A stretch of DNA of 64,000 nt from Eledone cirrhosa (taxonomy: Eukaryota). The translations under genes were made by a program, and so were the position numbers. The DNA is taken from positions 7,936,001 through 8,000,000 of the forward strand of contig OZ024751.1 of assembly GCA_964016885.1 (NCBI GenBank), in the 5' to 3' direction. The notes below the pieces were generated by a model. The model was given only the letters and a program-made list of their open reading frames with translations. It was not told the DNA's origin and did no database searches. This document shows, piece after piece, positions 14,149 through 29,931 of this stretch; positions within the stretch are counted from its first letter, which is position 1; each line of letters opens with the position of its first letter.

Positions 14149-16119
14149 GCATATGCGCACACTTCCACAGAGACACGTTAAGGTTTTGCTACATATGCAT
14201 ATGAATGGAAATTCTAAAAAAATGTACCTCAGCTTCCTTGAATCATTACTAAATTCAGTATTTCTTTATATAAGCTGTAGAATATTTAAGATATTATTAA
14301 ATTTGGTTCTCGTTCAAACACAGCTGACCTTTACTGATCTCAGCGCTCACTTAATGCAACATAAAGCTATGTCTCAGCGGTGGAGCAATTGAATGAAGAG
14401 AAAATCAAGTGGGAATAGGAAAATATTATGAACTGAAGTTATTTATACGTTTAATGAATATCCGATGTTATCATTCATGTCGGCAAGTCTGTTGGCTCAT
14501 ACAGATATAACCTGATCATATACATTCCAGAAAGATACAATCTGCTGTTAATAACCGTCTGGAACCTTGAACATGATTAAAAGGAAATAATGAACGATAA
14601 TAAGATTTAAAGACACAAAAAGAAAACAAAATGTAATTACTGGATTTTCTAAATTTATATTGTTCTATGTGAAATATTGTTTCCTGAATGAAGCCAGTGA
14701 AAGGAAATTACTTAAGCTACATAATAGCATTGGGTTGGGCACGTTTCATGCAGAAATATTACAAGCGTAGTAATAAAATGATGTTTATACTGATAGAAAA
14801 TCTTTCTTCTGAGTGCTGTTGTAGCAATATTTAATTCTAGGATTCAATAAAGTTTTGAATCCCAAGATTTTTGAATTAAAAGGATCCATCCCTGTTGGGG
14901 TTTCATATGAGAATTATTTCTCTTTACAATTCCATGGGTTCCACTAGTCTCGCTTGGACTTCCAGGTGGGTCAATTGGAGATGGCTGATTCAGACAGGGC
15001 CATATTCAATTTGTTTGAGAATCCTGCTCCGACGACCCTCTCTGAATTAAGTGGGAAAACAAAGAATAATTACATGGATCAATACCATTCAAGTACTATG
15101 ATTTCTTATGAAAAATGTTTATAAGTTAGTATCGAAATAACTGTCTGATTTCTGGAAGAGATTGACATTTTTACTTTAGAATTTGAACAAGTATCAGGCA
15201 AGTTGAAATCTATGCACTTTATTTGGGCTGCAATGTACGCGTATGTCAAACGGAAATAATGATATGGGTGTAAGTTCATTGATAGTCCCGTTTAATTCTT
15301 ATATCACAAATATATTATTTTCATTATATATCAAAGTATCTCGCGTCAATTTCGTCGCCTATTTTTCTGTTGCTTGGTTATACTTCAATCATAGTCTAAA
15401 TGAATGAATGCGAGTAATACTGATACATATAGATACCAGGCCTTACACACTAACCCACACGAAGGCGGACACACACAAACACACATACACACACACACAC
15501 TCAGTTACACACACATAGACGCCCAAACACACACACACACACACACGCACAATGGGTCAATGTGTGTCACGATATTCACAATTCTGATTACAGGTTTTGA
15601 ATACAGTTTCCCTGTACCATATTTTCACGCGCAGTATTTCTTTTGAAGTACAACCAAGTTAGTCGCCATTTGCCCAAAATGCTGCGCAGTTAATTGAACA
15701 AAGGATTTCATGATAGCGTAGCACATTTCTTAATAATTCAGCCATGTAATGGATTGTTCCTCTTTGTAATTCTCATCGTTAGACTTACCAGAAAGCAGAT
15801 ACTTTGCATCATATTCTTAACATGCTGGAAAGTAAACTAACATGAGTTCATTTTAAATCAATACCTTGATTACAAAATGCCGTGGAAACCAAGATTTAAT
15901 AGACTATTATGAGTCTGCATATAAGATGATTTATTCCATTATTTTGCTCTGAATGTATGAGCTGGTTGGCATGTAATGTCAGGAAAACAAAACTTACAAG
16001 AAAATGTTTGCACGAAATTTCACGAAGTATAATACATTAAAATACCCGGTTATTTAACAAAATTTAATACACACACTTACGCACACACACATATACGTAC
16101 ATATATACATGCACACACA

Positions 16120-16156
<37 letters not shown>

Positions 16157-16158
16157 AT

Positions 16159-16246
<88 letters not shown>

Positions 16247-16999
16247 AGACATATATATGTATGTATATATATATTTATATGAATTGTATATATGTATATT
16301 TAAGAAAATGGAAACAACTAACAAAGCAAACGACAGTGGTGCATTAAGAAATATATTAGTTTAAGGTTTACACACACACATTTATATAAATATATAGATA
16401 GGTACGTAGGTAGATAGAGGGAGAGAGAGATTGTTTGGAACATAAATAAGAATTATATCTATAAATATATATGCATATTGATATATGAATATACTTATAT
16501 TATGCGTGAGCATATGTATATTCAGTGGTGCATATAAATAAATATATATATATATGTGTGTGTGTGTGGGGGGGGGGGGGGTTAGTTGTGTGTGTGTCTG
16601 TTTTTGTGTTTATGTGTGTGTTTGTGTGTGTTTCATGCCGGTTTGCTTAACTAATAATGCGTATATATTGTCAAACCTGCATAGCACGACATGTAATTAT
16701 CTATATATCATGAATTTTTATTAGTGTCACGCCCGGTATTAAAATCATGTTAAATTTATTTATTTCTAAATCGTATTGTATGAATAGATATGTTTGACAT
16801 GTATCTCTGTTCAGAAAACCGAATTTATGATTCACATTTGTGATTCACATTCATAGATCTCCATTGATATATTGTAAATAAAATTTGTATTGAAACATTT
16901 TTTAGAGATGAAAGATTTTCAACTATCTGACTTTCTCTTGACTCAACGATCAACAATGATCCCTATATATTTTAAAATGACTTTTATGTATATCATTTT

Positions 17000-18358
17000 A
17001 CAGGAGCAAGGACGGAAAGAAAAGGTTTCCACTCTCCTTGATATAAATATAAATACACATATATATACAACACTTCATCCAACACTTCATCAACCGCATG
17101 CAGTTCTCTGGATACAACCAAAGAGACAGAATCAGAGTATACAAAAGAGCCACGGAGAAGTATAAGACTCTCATAGAACTGGACATGAAAAGAATTTGCC
17201 CATTATACAGGAGCAAATCCTGGAATAGCTTAGATAGGACTAAACATCAGATAGGGAAAGCCACATCCTGCTACGACAACCAGAGATACCAGAATGTCGT
17301 GTTCGTGGACGCCACCCCTGGTGGGAAATTAGCTAATCAATGTAGAAAGGCCCTGAGGAAGACCCACTTGAAAATTAAAGAGGTAGAAAAGCCAGGAACT
17401 ACCATGAAATACCTGATCAGCAAAACATACCATTTTAAGAAAACCCACTGTACTAATAAGAAATGTGTTATATGTAAAGTAAACATCCAAATGAACTGTA
17501 AAACTAGAAATGTAGTCTATACCATAAGATGTACAGAGGGTACTTGCAGAAACATGACAAAACATATATAGGTGAGATAGCTCGAAGCTAAAGGAAAAAG
17601 AATAGACCAAAAGTGGGGGAATTAAAAGGACAAAAAAACCGTTCAGTACTATACGAACATGCCAGACAATAGCATGGCGGTAACATAGACAACATAGAAA
17701 TTAAAATAATATCTACACATACAAATGACCCAACAGGTAGGCAAATCATAGAAGCAAGCTAAACAGAAAAAAAAATGAATGGAATAACAACAATATCCAA
17801 ACAAACAATACTGACTTAAGAGAAATATAAATAAATAAATAAATAAATAAATATATACACATGCACAATAACAACAAACACATATAAGCACACACTAATA
17901 AACTAAGATCTAATAAAATAACCAAAATACAGTCACCCACCCGCGAATACACACACCAAACACTATACACACACGCAAACGCATGCGCAGAGACGAAGAC
18001 AAAAATAAATAAATAACTAAATAAACAGATAAAATAAAAATGGCGTAGACATACATTACAACAGGAGGAAACATAATAGCACCACTGATGATGTTGCAGA
18101 TGTGCAACGTAAGACATTTTTTAGTCTATATATATGTATTTATATCTGCATTTTTGACCGTTGGTCAGTCAATGATAAACATTGATGGCCAAATGAATTA
18201 ACTATGGAGATATAAGAGACACAGAAGCGAAAACGGACCAAACAGTGAGTGTGTTGCGTTATTATTTCTGGCAATATTATTACAACAATATGACCTTCCC
18301 CAAGTATAACAATATTTGTTTTGACACGATTTCATATAAAAAAAACGTTGCATAACAA

Positions 18359-18360
<2 letters not shown>
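17000..18360 (+). mobile_element. Degenerate Penelope-like element (Nematis-like) 3' part with pLTR
   Basis: MQFSGY...CPLYR..W...VVFVDATPGGKL...C.NKKCVIC...NCKTRNVVYTIRC, then a frameshifted YIGEIARS. HHR-like CTGATGA-t-gttgca/tgcaac at ~18085-18112 in the downstream pLTR. Confidence 0.8.
17098..17571 (+). pseudogene. PLE thumb/linker and start of GIY-YIG endonuclease (fragment)
   Basis: Cys-rich linker and NVVY...YIG motif; frameshifted at both ends. Confidence 0.75.
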
Positions 18361-18439
<79 letters not shown>

Positions 18440-18441
<2 letters not shown>

Positions 18442-18870
18442 GTTATACTTGGGGAGGGTCATATTTGCGTAATATTGCCAGAATTAATAACAGAACACAC
18501 TCACTGTTTGGTTGGTTTTCGGTTCTCGCTGTCTTTTATATCTGCGATCTAACTTACTCGGTCCTCAATGTTGCAATTGACTGACCGACGGTCAAAAAAT
18601 AATACAGATACAATATAGACACAAACACATATATATAGTTAACATAATTTACATAAATCTTTCGTTGCACATCTGCAACATCGTCAGTGGTGTTATATTC
18701 TTTGTTCCTCCTGTTGTGTTGTATGTCTACGCCATTTTTTATTCAGTCTGTCTATCAGTGAGTGTGTTCTGTTATTAATTCTGGCAATATTACGCAAATA
18801 TGACCCTCCCCAAGTATAACAATATCTGTTTCGACACACGATTTCATATAAAAAACCTCGCTAAACTAAT
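18440..18870. mobile_element. Fold-back pLTR copy (family C)
   Basis: ~18442-18507 is inverted to ~18756-18820. HHR on the minus strand at ~18655-18692. Confidence 0.8.
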
Positions 18871-19367
18871 ATATATATAAACATAACAGCTTAAAAAAGA
18901 AGTGTGATAAGGAAACAGGTAGACCATAACGCACCAGAGTTATGGCCCACTACATTGTGTAGTAGTGTGGGTCATACGAAAAGAGTCAGGACCCCGATGG
19001 CTGAGCTCCGGCCATTTCGACAGCTAGTTCTCAACTAGCTGTCGAAACCGCTGGCGCTCTGGAAGAAGGTTTTTTGACATATGAGACATATGAGACTGAC
19101 ACAGTTAAGCTTACATTCGTGTAGTTTATCTCTGATGTCTTTAGAAAAATTCAACATTTATCTATGCATGAATTTTGCGCTTTGAAATACGCACACAGAC
19201 ATATACACAGACACAAACACACAGACACACACTTACACACACACACACAAACACATACACGCATACATATATATATACACACATATATGCATACTTATAT
19301 ACAGTCATATATGTATACATACATATACTCTCTCACACACACACACACACACACACATGACACACCC

Positions 19368-19876
19368 ATGCAGGTGCTTTGTGATGTTTAGCTGAGCGTG
19401 TCAATAAGAATGCTTTGGCCCCTAGAGCATCACTGAGCTCCATTTACGGTAATAAGTATAAATATGAACACGTATTTCAAATGCAGCACGGCATCTCAAA
19501 GGAGACACCACGAAGTGGTAAACTATTCCAATCTTGCATTAAATAAACTCCTTCGACAAGCTGCACCATATAGGGTAAACACAGTCGTTAGATGTATTTG
19601 AACCCTCTATTTAGTCTTAGTCATGTACAATTTAATAGAATCTTTTTCAGAGCACTAACTATATGTGTTACTGTATGGCTATTTACTCAGTGTAATATAT
19701 TTGAACTTTCTGAAAGATTAAACTAATGGACAGGAATATATCTTTCTAATGTGTTTGTACACAAAGCGAATAATTTTAGATTGTAACTTATTACCGTAAA
19801 TGGAGCTCAGTGAACCTCTAGGGGGCCAAAACATTCTTATTGACACGCTCAGCTAAACATCACAAAACGCCTGCAT
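19368..19876. mobile_element. Inverted-repeat element (MITE-like or PLE fold-back)
   Basis: ~90-bp arms at 19368-19457 and 19786-19876 are highly complementary, around a ~330-bp spacer. Confidence 0.75.
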
Positions 19877-20066
19877 TAATCAGTTATTACACCAGGGAAT
19901 ATCTAACAGAATTTTTAAAATGCAGACCAATTAGCACCTGTCAGCTTAAGCAGGAAGGCAATATCAGACACTGAGTATGCCTAATGACTTCATATTATAA
20001 AGTGTGTCTATTAACCAAGATAGTAGTTTGTGTAGCAAATGTCCTTTTAGAAAAATGATGTATGTA

Positions 20067-20130
<64 letters not shown>

Positions 20131-20185
20131 AGAGTATATATATGTATACATATGTGTGTGTATATATGTATACATATATGTGTTA

Positions 20186-20244
<59 letters not shown>

Positions 20245-21381
20245 ATGTGTGTGTGAGTATGTGTGTGTATGTTTGTGTGTATATGTGTACACGAGATAAT
20301 ATACTGTGTTATTAATTACGATATATGAAAGGTTTTGTCACACATTATATGTTTAGAGCAATAACTATCAAATCGCATGCTGCAAGTGTAGCATTAAGCG
20401 TTTATATTTGAGAGCTTTTTTTCTTTGATCGTGCAAATATAATACAATAAAATTTCATACAGTATACTAAAAAAATAATGTTTTTTCTTTCATTTCCCTT
20501 CGGTACATTTTATGCTCTTAAAAATAAATACATTCAACCAAGACTAAAATACAATAATATTAAAAACATGATATGAATGCATTCATATTCTATGTTATGG
20601 TTGTTTGTCGTGCGTGAAAATATATTTACTATTTCCCCATGTTCAGCATATGTTCATGATAGACCGTTAGTGTAAACTTTTTTTTCTTTCTCACAAACGT
20701 TTCAAATATACAAAATAATTCTTGTTATTTAGGATTTAACTATTGTTAAAGCTTAGTTTATTTAGGATATGAACGTTGCATTCGTGTCGATATTTATTAA
20801 TATATAATTAACAGAGGGAAATGAGGAGAGATTATCTCCCTTTTCATAACTACCTTGACTGGTGGAATGAAGGGAGTAACTTCTCGTTAAAACAAATTCA
20901 AACTCTTCTATATTCTCACAGATGCTAGGAGATACTTTATAAAGTTTAAACTATTATCATCCTATGAACTGATGATAGTGCAATATAAACCAGATTATTA
21001 ACAATGGTATTATAATGTTTGTATCAGCTCTCAGAAAAAGGGTGTTACATGACAACATGTTGAATGCATTCGTATACATGCATATTTACTTTCATAAAGA
21101 CAAACATAATGACACAATTTAATTGCAGTTCTAGAAGGAATCGCTTCATCTTTATATGTCATATATTTTTGATATGTGGGTAATTGAAATCAACAAAAAA
21201 CAATGTCATTATATTGCCATTTACCACCACAAATAATCAAATATATATATTTTAAAAGTATAATTCAGAAATATATGCCCCAAAATAAAACGGAATTATT
21301 TCAACACACACTCACACACTCACACACACGAACTCACACACATACAGACTCATACGCATAGACATAGACTAATACACACGT

Positions 21382-21476
<95 letters not shown>

Positions 21477-23209
21477 TATATAGGGAGAGAGAGAAAGAGA
21501 GAGTCTGTAGTTGAGGGAGTTACATACATACACGCACACACATACATTCAAACAACACACATACACACACCGATATATGTATATACTTCAAACTTAGCTT
21601 ATGTATAGATAATTTCTAATAACAAGTATATACGTACAATCCAATACTACTAACGCTTTGATCCAATCTCCGATGATAGAAATATTTTTTTTATTCATAG
21701 TATGCCAACAAAAAAAGTGTGAAACGTACATGGTTGATACATACATAAAGTGGTTGTTTCGTCACGGGACGTTCATTTGACACTTTGAAGAATTGTGTTT
21801 CCTTGTTAGGCGTCAATATGAATACAAATATTCATCGTCATGTAAGCTAATTACAAGTTCTTGATGGTAAATTCTGCTAAAATCTCTTTCATTCCATATG
21901 TAATTTATATTTTGCCCACTTTTTCTCGAGAGGGCCGTTCAAGCAGTATCTTTAGACACGGTTTCCAGAGGGTGTCTATAAAAAGCGACCGTCTGCAGTG
22001 GATACCCAGTTGATACTAACTGAACTTACAGATTTTATTAAATCACCTTGATCATGACCTACCTCTGCGTCTCCTGTGATTATTCACTTAGATATTTGAA
22101 CGACACATAGCTATAGTATCACAGCTATGATCTAACAATATGGATATGTAGCTGGAGAGATTCTCTGGTCACCCACATACGCACACTATCGAGTAAAATT
22201 ACACTAATGGACCTTTGTTAAAACCTCATTTCTGCCGATTGAATTCGTGATCATATTCCGTCGCGGGTTATTGAAGATTGTTAATCATACGTAAAGGTAG
22301 AAACGAACACCGAATTGAAGATATTGCGTTTGGGTTTTACATACACGGCTCCTCTGGTAATGATCGATGGTCGAAGCGGGTGCATTGTTGCCGCAGTTAC
22401 AGAAACCTAAATAAAACAATGGAGTGAAAAACGAAATAGTTCTTGCCATCCTGATTTTGTTACAGTTAAGTTAGGAAAGGCGACAACTAAACGCAGCCGT
22501 GTGGAGCATTTATTTGCATATGGACCCACCATATGTTGGAACTCCACCAGAGTTAAGGTTATGGTGATGGTGATCATTGTTCGTATTACTGATGGCAAGA
22601 CATTTGAATGATAGACGACTGTTGTTGCTGTTGCCACGTATTTAAGCTATAATTATATTGATAATGCTGTTAAGCTTTGATGGCACTAATGTCTGTAATA
22701 ATAATGATCATATTCGTTGCAAGTCACAGTATGGAGATGCTGGTCATAGGGATGTTAACATATGATATATGATGTTGACAATTTTGTAAATGTTATATAT
22801 TTATTCATCTTTATTTAACGTTGTTTTCAAACACGAATAATTGCCATCATATATCTGTCTCTACAACAAAGAAATTAACCGAAACTCTGTAATTATTACC
22901 TGACATATCATATAAACATAGAAGCCATTAGTCCAATCTGGTGTTTGTTTTAAGCGCCGATGTTAACAGATTCCTAGTGGATAGAGGCATTCTATGTCTG
23001 AACCTGTGATTGTAAGGTCACGTATGTTTAGACACTGCATGTATTGAAGTATACACAAGAACACACAAACGCACTCACACATACTCAAACACATGCATAT
23101 ATATATGGGAGATGCGCATATCTGTTGGTAAGTGTGTGTGAAGTAGGATATATGTGTCTGCCAGTGCTTGTTTATGTATCATAAAGAGGCACTCGCAGAT
23201 ACATATATC

Positions 23210-23345
23210 CTTCTTCCTGATGATTTCTCCCGAATGAAACAGTTCTAGCACTGTAGAAGCCTTTTCTATATTAAATATTTATACCTTGCTTTGTATTAAG
23301 TACCTAGCTTACTGTGGTTACCCCCGATTGAACACGGGATAACAC
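23210..23345 (+). mobile_element. HHR-bearing short repeat (family E)
   Basis: CTGATGA 23217-23223, GAAA 23236-23239, followed by the terminal segment shared with 360-420, 4655-4712 and 35045-35105. Confidence 0.6.
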
Positions 23346-24962
23346 ACATACATATACATACATAGCTGTGGAAGAGATATCCTGTACTTTATAGAGTACA
23401 GAAATAACTTCCTATGAGCAACACATTATATTCGAATAAGTTCTCGTGACTTGTATTCACCATTATTTGGTTGAGATTTATGTTTTTATTTTTTTATTTT
23501 ATCGATCTTAAACAGATCAACAGGAAGGCCCACATTCAAAATAGTCGAACTCAGAATGTAAACATAGGAGCCGAAACCAATTTAGTATTTGAGGTGTGAC
23601 CATTATATTTCAGTATCCGAAAGTAGGTTATCTAGCGAAGATTCTTAGTTAAACTATATGAATACGAATCAATATATTCTGTGATTTACATATTTTAAAT
23701 GCAACACAGCAGTGCATAATACTTAAACATTGGTATCTACCAGGCCTTGCATGCAATTACAACCAGAATTATATATTCAATATTTTTTTTGCAAATAAAT
23801 ATTCTATTTCGCTAGGAACGTAAACTTGAGGAATTATCCGAATACAGAGTGTTACAAAAGTGTATACACACTTTGATTACCTCTACGAGCAATTTGTATT
23901 AGAATGTTTTTGAAGTAGGACACACTATATATTTTGTTTGTGTGTGTATGTTCTTGCACGTGCATTTTTCTGCAAGTGTGTATGTGTGGGAGTGGGAGTG
24001 TGAGTATATTTGTGCATGTGTGTGTAAATTACCCTTGGCCGCTCATGACAATACATTTAAAAATAAGAAACGATGGTGGAACTCCCAAATTAAAATCCCC
24101 ATCAGATGCAGGCAAAACAGAAAACAAATAATCGATATTACTCCCTCGTCCCCAGAACAAAAGAAGACAAGAAAAAATACATATAGTGCACTGGAATGGA
24201 ATTGTCCGTTTGATATAAATGAGATATCAGCTCTCAAACAAAAATTTTGACGTATAACGTTTGTCGATGCGTAATCGGCAGCTGTTGCGTCTTTCCATCA
24301 CTGTATGCAAAGAATTACATTTGCAACTGCTATCATTTTTGCACTTAGTTACATAACTATGGAATCATGAAATGACCTTCAACTCGTGGAGTTTCTCAAT
24401 AGAATTTCTCTTCATCCGTAAAACAATGGAAACATCCATAGACATTATTTAGGTTAAATATTTTTCGGTATGTATTTGTTATTTGAACAAATGTAAGCTC
24501 TTCTACAGAGAAAATAATTCCCAATGATGTATTTGAGACATATCGATAATATTGATTTGTGAGAACATACCTACTGCGTTACGCTGGCAACGCGATTACT
24601 TATACACATCTAGCCACGCGCACACACCTATTTACACTCAGATAAACATATAAATACACACATACACATACATAGAGACATGCATATATACATGTGTGTG
24701 TGTGTGGGTGTGTGTGTGTGGGTGTGTGTGTGTGTGCGTGTGTGTGTATGTGCCTGTATGTGTGTGTGTGTGCGTGCGTGTGTGCGTGCGTGTGTGTGTC
24801 TGTATACATATGGAGAACACGCGATATGCTGCATTTCTCCACGGCAGATGCCCTAACGTGGTTTCGTGATATTTCAAGCGTTATAATAATATATTTCTTT
24901 AATGCACTGTGTCGTTTGGTATTTTTATTTCTGCTTCCTGTTTGCGCATACGAGCACACACC

Positions 24963-24996
<34 letters not shown>

Positions 24997-25138
24997 CACA
25001 GATACACACACATATACACACACACACATACACACACACACGCACACATACATACGTACATACACATATATAAATATATATATATTTATATATATATATA
25101 TATATATATGTGTATATATATATATATGTATACATGTG

Positions 25139-25169
<31 letters not shown>

Positions 25170-27945
25170 ATGTAAGATAGAGTGAGAGAGAGAAAACTTG
25201 ATTATATTTGATCAAATTTATCCAGTTATTTTTATAATAGTATCTTTATTTATATATAAAAGCCATGAGATATAATTAAGGAAGTTTGAGTTGGCAAACG
25301 TTCAAATGTTACGCTATGTCGCAGAACCTATTGCTATCATGCTATTCTTTATGCTAGACGTGTGATGCTCTGTATATTAGGCGAAATTCGCCAAAAACTT
25401 AACTGCCTCACAGAGAAGATTTTGACGCTGTGCCATTCAACCTATAAACTTCGTTGATCACAGAGCTATGAGGTGATCAATTGTGCCTTACATATCTATT
25501 TTTATTCCCATAATTAATACAATTAGAAAAGAATAGATCGTGAGGGTGATAGATGTTTGGTTTGTATGAGGATCTGACAAACCAGTACATTTAACAATAT
25601 ATATATATATATATTTGGAACGATCGACTTTCGTCAAATCGGACCGAGGAAACAATTTTTATATATATAACTATATTAATAGGTTTCTTAACCAAAATCC
25701 TTCTAGTACAAAAATCCTATTAGAATGATTTATGCGATAATTATTTGTTCCTAAACCTTTATATGTAGTTCCTCTTAAAGAGTGATAGGAACTTTTCATG
25801 GATTAGATGTTAAATCTAATTTCCTACTAATATGTATCTGATATATTTCCTACTGATATGTATTTGAAAATCACTCTGCGTCTTATAAGGTCTAGTCTGA
25901 GTTTGCGCTACTGCTTATTAAATCACAAAATTCTCCTCAGTTCTTAACAAGATGACAATCTTCTCTACTCAAACGAATATGCTACAATTTTAATAAGCTT
26001 CATGATGAACGAAATAAATGTAACAAAGTGTTGTAGGTTGCTTGAAGCATTGTTGAATAGGAAATATGAACTTAAATTATAAAAAAAAACATACAATGCA
26101 TTAGAAAAGTAAAGGTGCCAATATAACGATAGGTATTTTAATTATCCCAAATATTTCCCTGTGAAAGTCTTACAATATCGGTCGGAGAATGTATTGTATG
26201 GTTTTTAAAGGTATGTAAATGTATACTTCAAATTAAATATATTTTTCTTTTTTATACTAAATATTTCACCAAAAATATATGACGTGGCAAATAAAGTAAT
26301 AATGTTTTCAGACTTTCTTTGAAAATGATCTAAAATAACTAGAATTACTATTTAGAATTATGATGAAAAATACAACGTATAAACATTGCACACTTCACCT
26401 GTCATTCGTAGTTTAAATCCAATTATTTATTTATTAATGCCTACCCAAATTGAAGTGCATCTTATAAGCTGTCGAACACTATCCATATACAGTTAAGGGC
26501 ATCGCTATATACATCACTTTAACTTTATTTCAGAGTACAAATGAATGTACAAAAATAATATCGATATTTTAAATGTAGTAGTTATACCGTTGTAATTTCT
26601 CAATTGGTAGAGAAACTTTTCTATATAGAGAACATTAGAGATTTAGTCGGATTTACTGGTAAATTTCCAACGACTATTAGTAATACCTGTTTCTTCTTTT
26701 CCCACTATAATGGTGTAACATGAGTTGATTATAGGTTAAATGTTACACAACATCAATAAATAAAGGATATTAAAAATCGTATACCTTTAGCGCGATAAGA
26801 TTAGAACATATTGGGTAATTATGTGACAAATTGTCCTAGTCACATTATATTTTCGTGATTAATATACGTTTCCTTAATTGTAACGAAAACCCAAACCTCC
26901 AAGGTTGCAAATATATAGATTAAGCTCCAGATATATTTCATCGAAAAAATGGGCCAATGTGATAAAATGATAAAACAATGACAGATGCAATTTGATCGTA
27001 GAACTAACGGGTAAACCACATATACATGGAATTCCTTTTGACACATTATATTGAAAACGATTGTATTGCACTGAAATAACGTAGAGATATATACACATAA
27101 GCTCACATACACACAACTCTCTCTCACTCTATATCTATCTCACTCTCTCTCTCTCTCACTCTCTCTCTCTCTCTCTCTCTCTCTGTATATATATATATAT
27201 GTGTGTGCGTTTGTGTGTGCGTGTGTGTACAAGAAAAATAAGAATAAGAAGAAGTAGATGTATGAGCAGATACGTACACATTTATACACTTGTGTATATA
27301 TATATATATATATATATTACAAGCATGTGTTGTTGATGATGATAAAATCGATATAATGAGCGCAAGATGATGTGTATGAAATATTCAAGAAATATTGTGT
27401 TGTATGTCCATAGCCGTTAATTATGTTTTGCTGGAAAGCCTAATGAAACGAAACAGAGAGAACAAATGTATCCCATTATCTAAATTAGAGTAATCTATTT
27501 CGAAAAATAGTGGATTTGAAAACTACGTTCAAATCATCGTATAATTCGTGGAAATCGCAAGGTTAACCAGAGGGGAATCATGACAAATTGGTGAAGTAAA
27601 ATTGTGAACTAAAGAACGTTTGTAAGAATGAGGTTAATATTTAGAGTGAGCAAGGTATGATAAACGTGATGTTGTTATTCACCTGACCTGGAGAGCAGCA
27701 CTGGGCAAACTTGTTCATAGCCCAATCTACTACTATCGAAATATGCTAACAACGTAGCTCTGGTTTTTATACCACAAGGGGGGGGGGGGGGGTGTTATGC
27801 CGTGTTTGGTAACTTTCACGAGTTTGGTTCAGAAATTAATGAATTTTAATTTACCAATGCACACAAGTACTTACACTAACAAAGTAGAATATGTACGATT
27901 TGATCTACACATAAACATATACATATGCACATAGAAACATACACA

Positions 27946-28003
<58 letters not shown>

Positions 28004-28569
28004 AGTATATATATATATATATAGAGAGATAGATAGATAGTTAGATATATAGATATGCGGGTGTGAGAGCATAATTCACTCGAAGCGAAATGATGCTATA
28101 TTTAAATATGTTTATTTTAGCCACTTTTCGCGAGATCACGCTGTAGGTATGAGAAAGTGAAACGAAGGAATTGAATTTGAACTATCATGCACACATTTAT
28201 ATACATATATATATAAATATTACATACATTCATGCATACACACACACAAACGCACACACCCATACATATATATATACACCTATAAATACATGTGTATGTA
28301 TATATACATGTGTGTCTAACCTTATATGTGTAATCTTAACATATATTTAGCAGATACTAAATTTAAGAATTTAAATTATAAGAATTTATATGAATAAGAT
28401 TTATATCACGAAATATTCTCAAGATTCAGAGTATTTATTTTTGTAAATTTCTGGGGTTTTATTTTTTTTATGTTCTTTCCCCTTCATTTAAATTACAATA
28501 CCTATTTATTTTTTCGGTTGAACCTCTATAGCAACGTGATGTATTTTTTTCAATAAATACACACACGTA

Positions 28570-29540
<971 letters not shown>

Positions 29541-29635
29541 TATATATACATACACAGACCGTAAATGGACCTAACTACGCTATAAACATGGCGTCCAACT
29601 ATCTACCGAAACAGCCAATTCACCGCCCTCTATAT

Positions 29636-29689
<54 letters not shown>

Positions 29690-29741
29690 GTTTTAGGATA
29701 TATACACTATAACTATGTATAATAGTTTGGGATATATACAC

Positions 29742-29931
29742 AAGGGCAACAATTCCGAGGAGTGGTGAAATTCGCTTAGATCCATCCCATGTTCATATTT
29801 TGTCGACCCCGTAACGATGAAAGGCAAAGCGAACCTCAGCAGGATTTGAACTCAGAACTTAAAGGGACGAAACTATATGGCGTATTCTATGTTGTCCGAC
29901 GCTCTAGCGATTACTGCCAATCCACCGCCCA
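29742..29931 (-). mobile_element. tRNA-derived SINE
   Basis: Reverse complement of the SINE consensus (cgaccccgtaacgatgaaaggcaaag...atttgaactcaga...ctgccaatccaccgcc). Confidence 0.85.
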
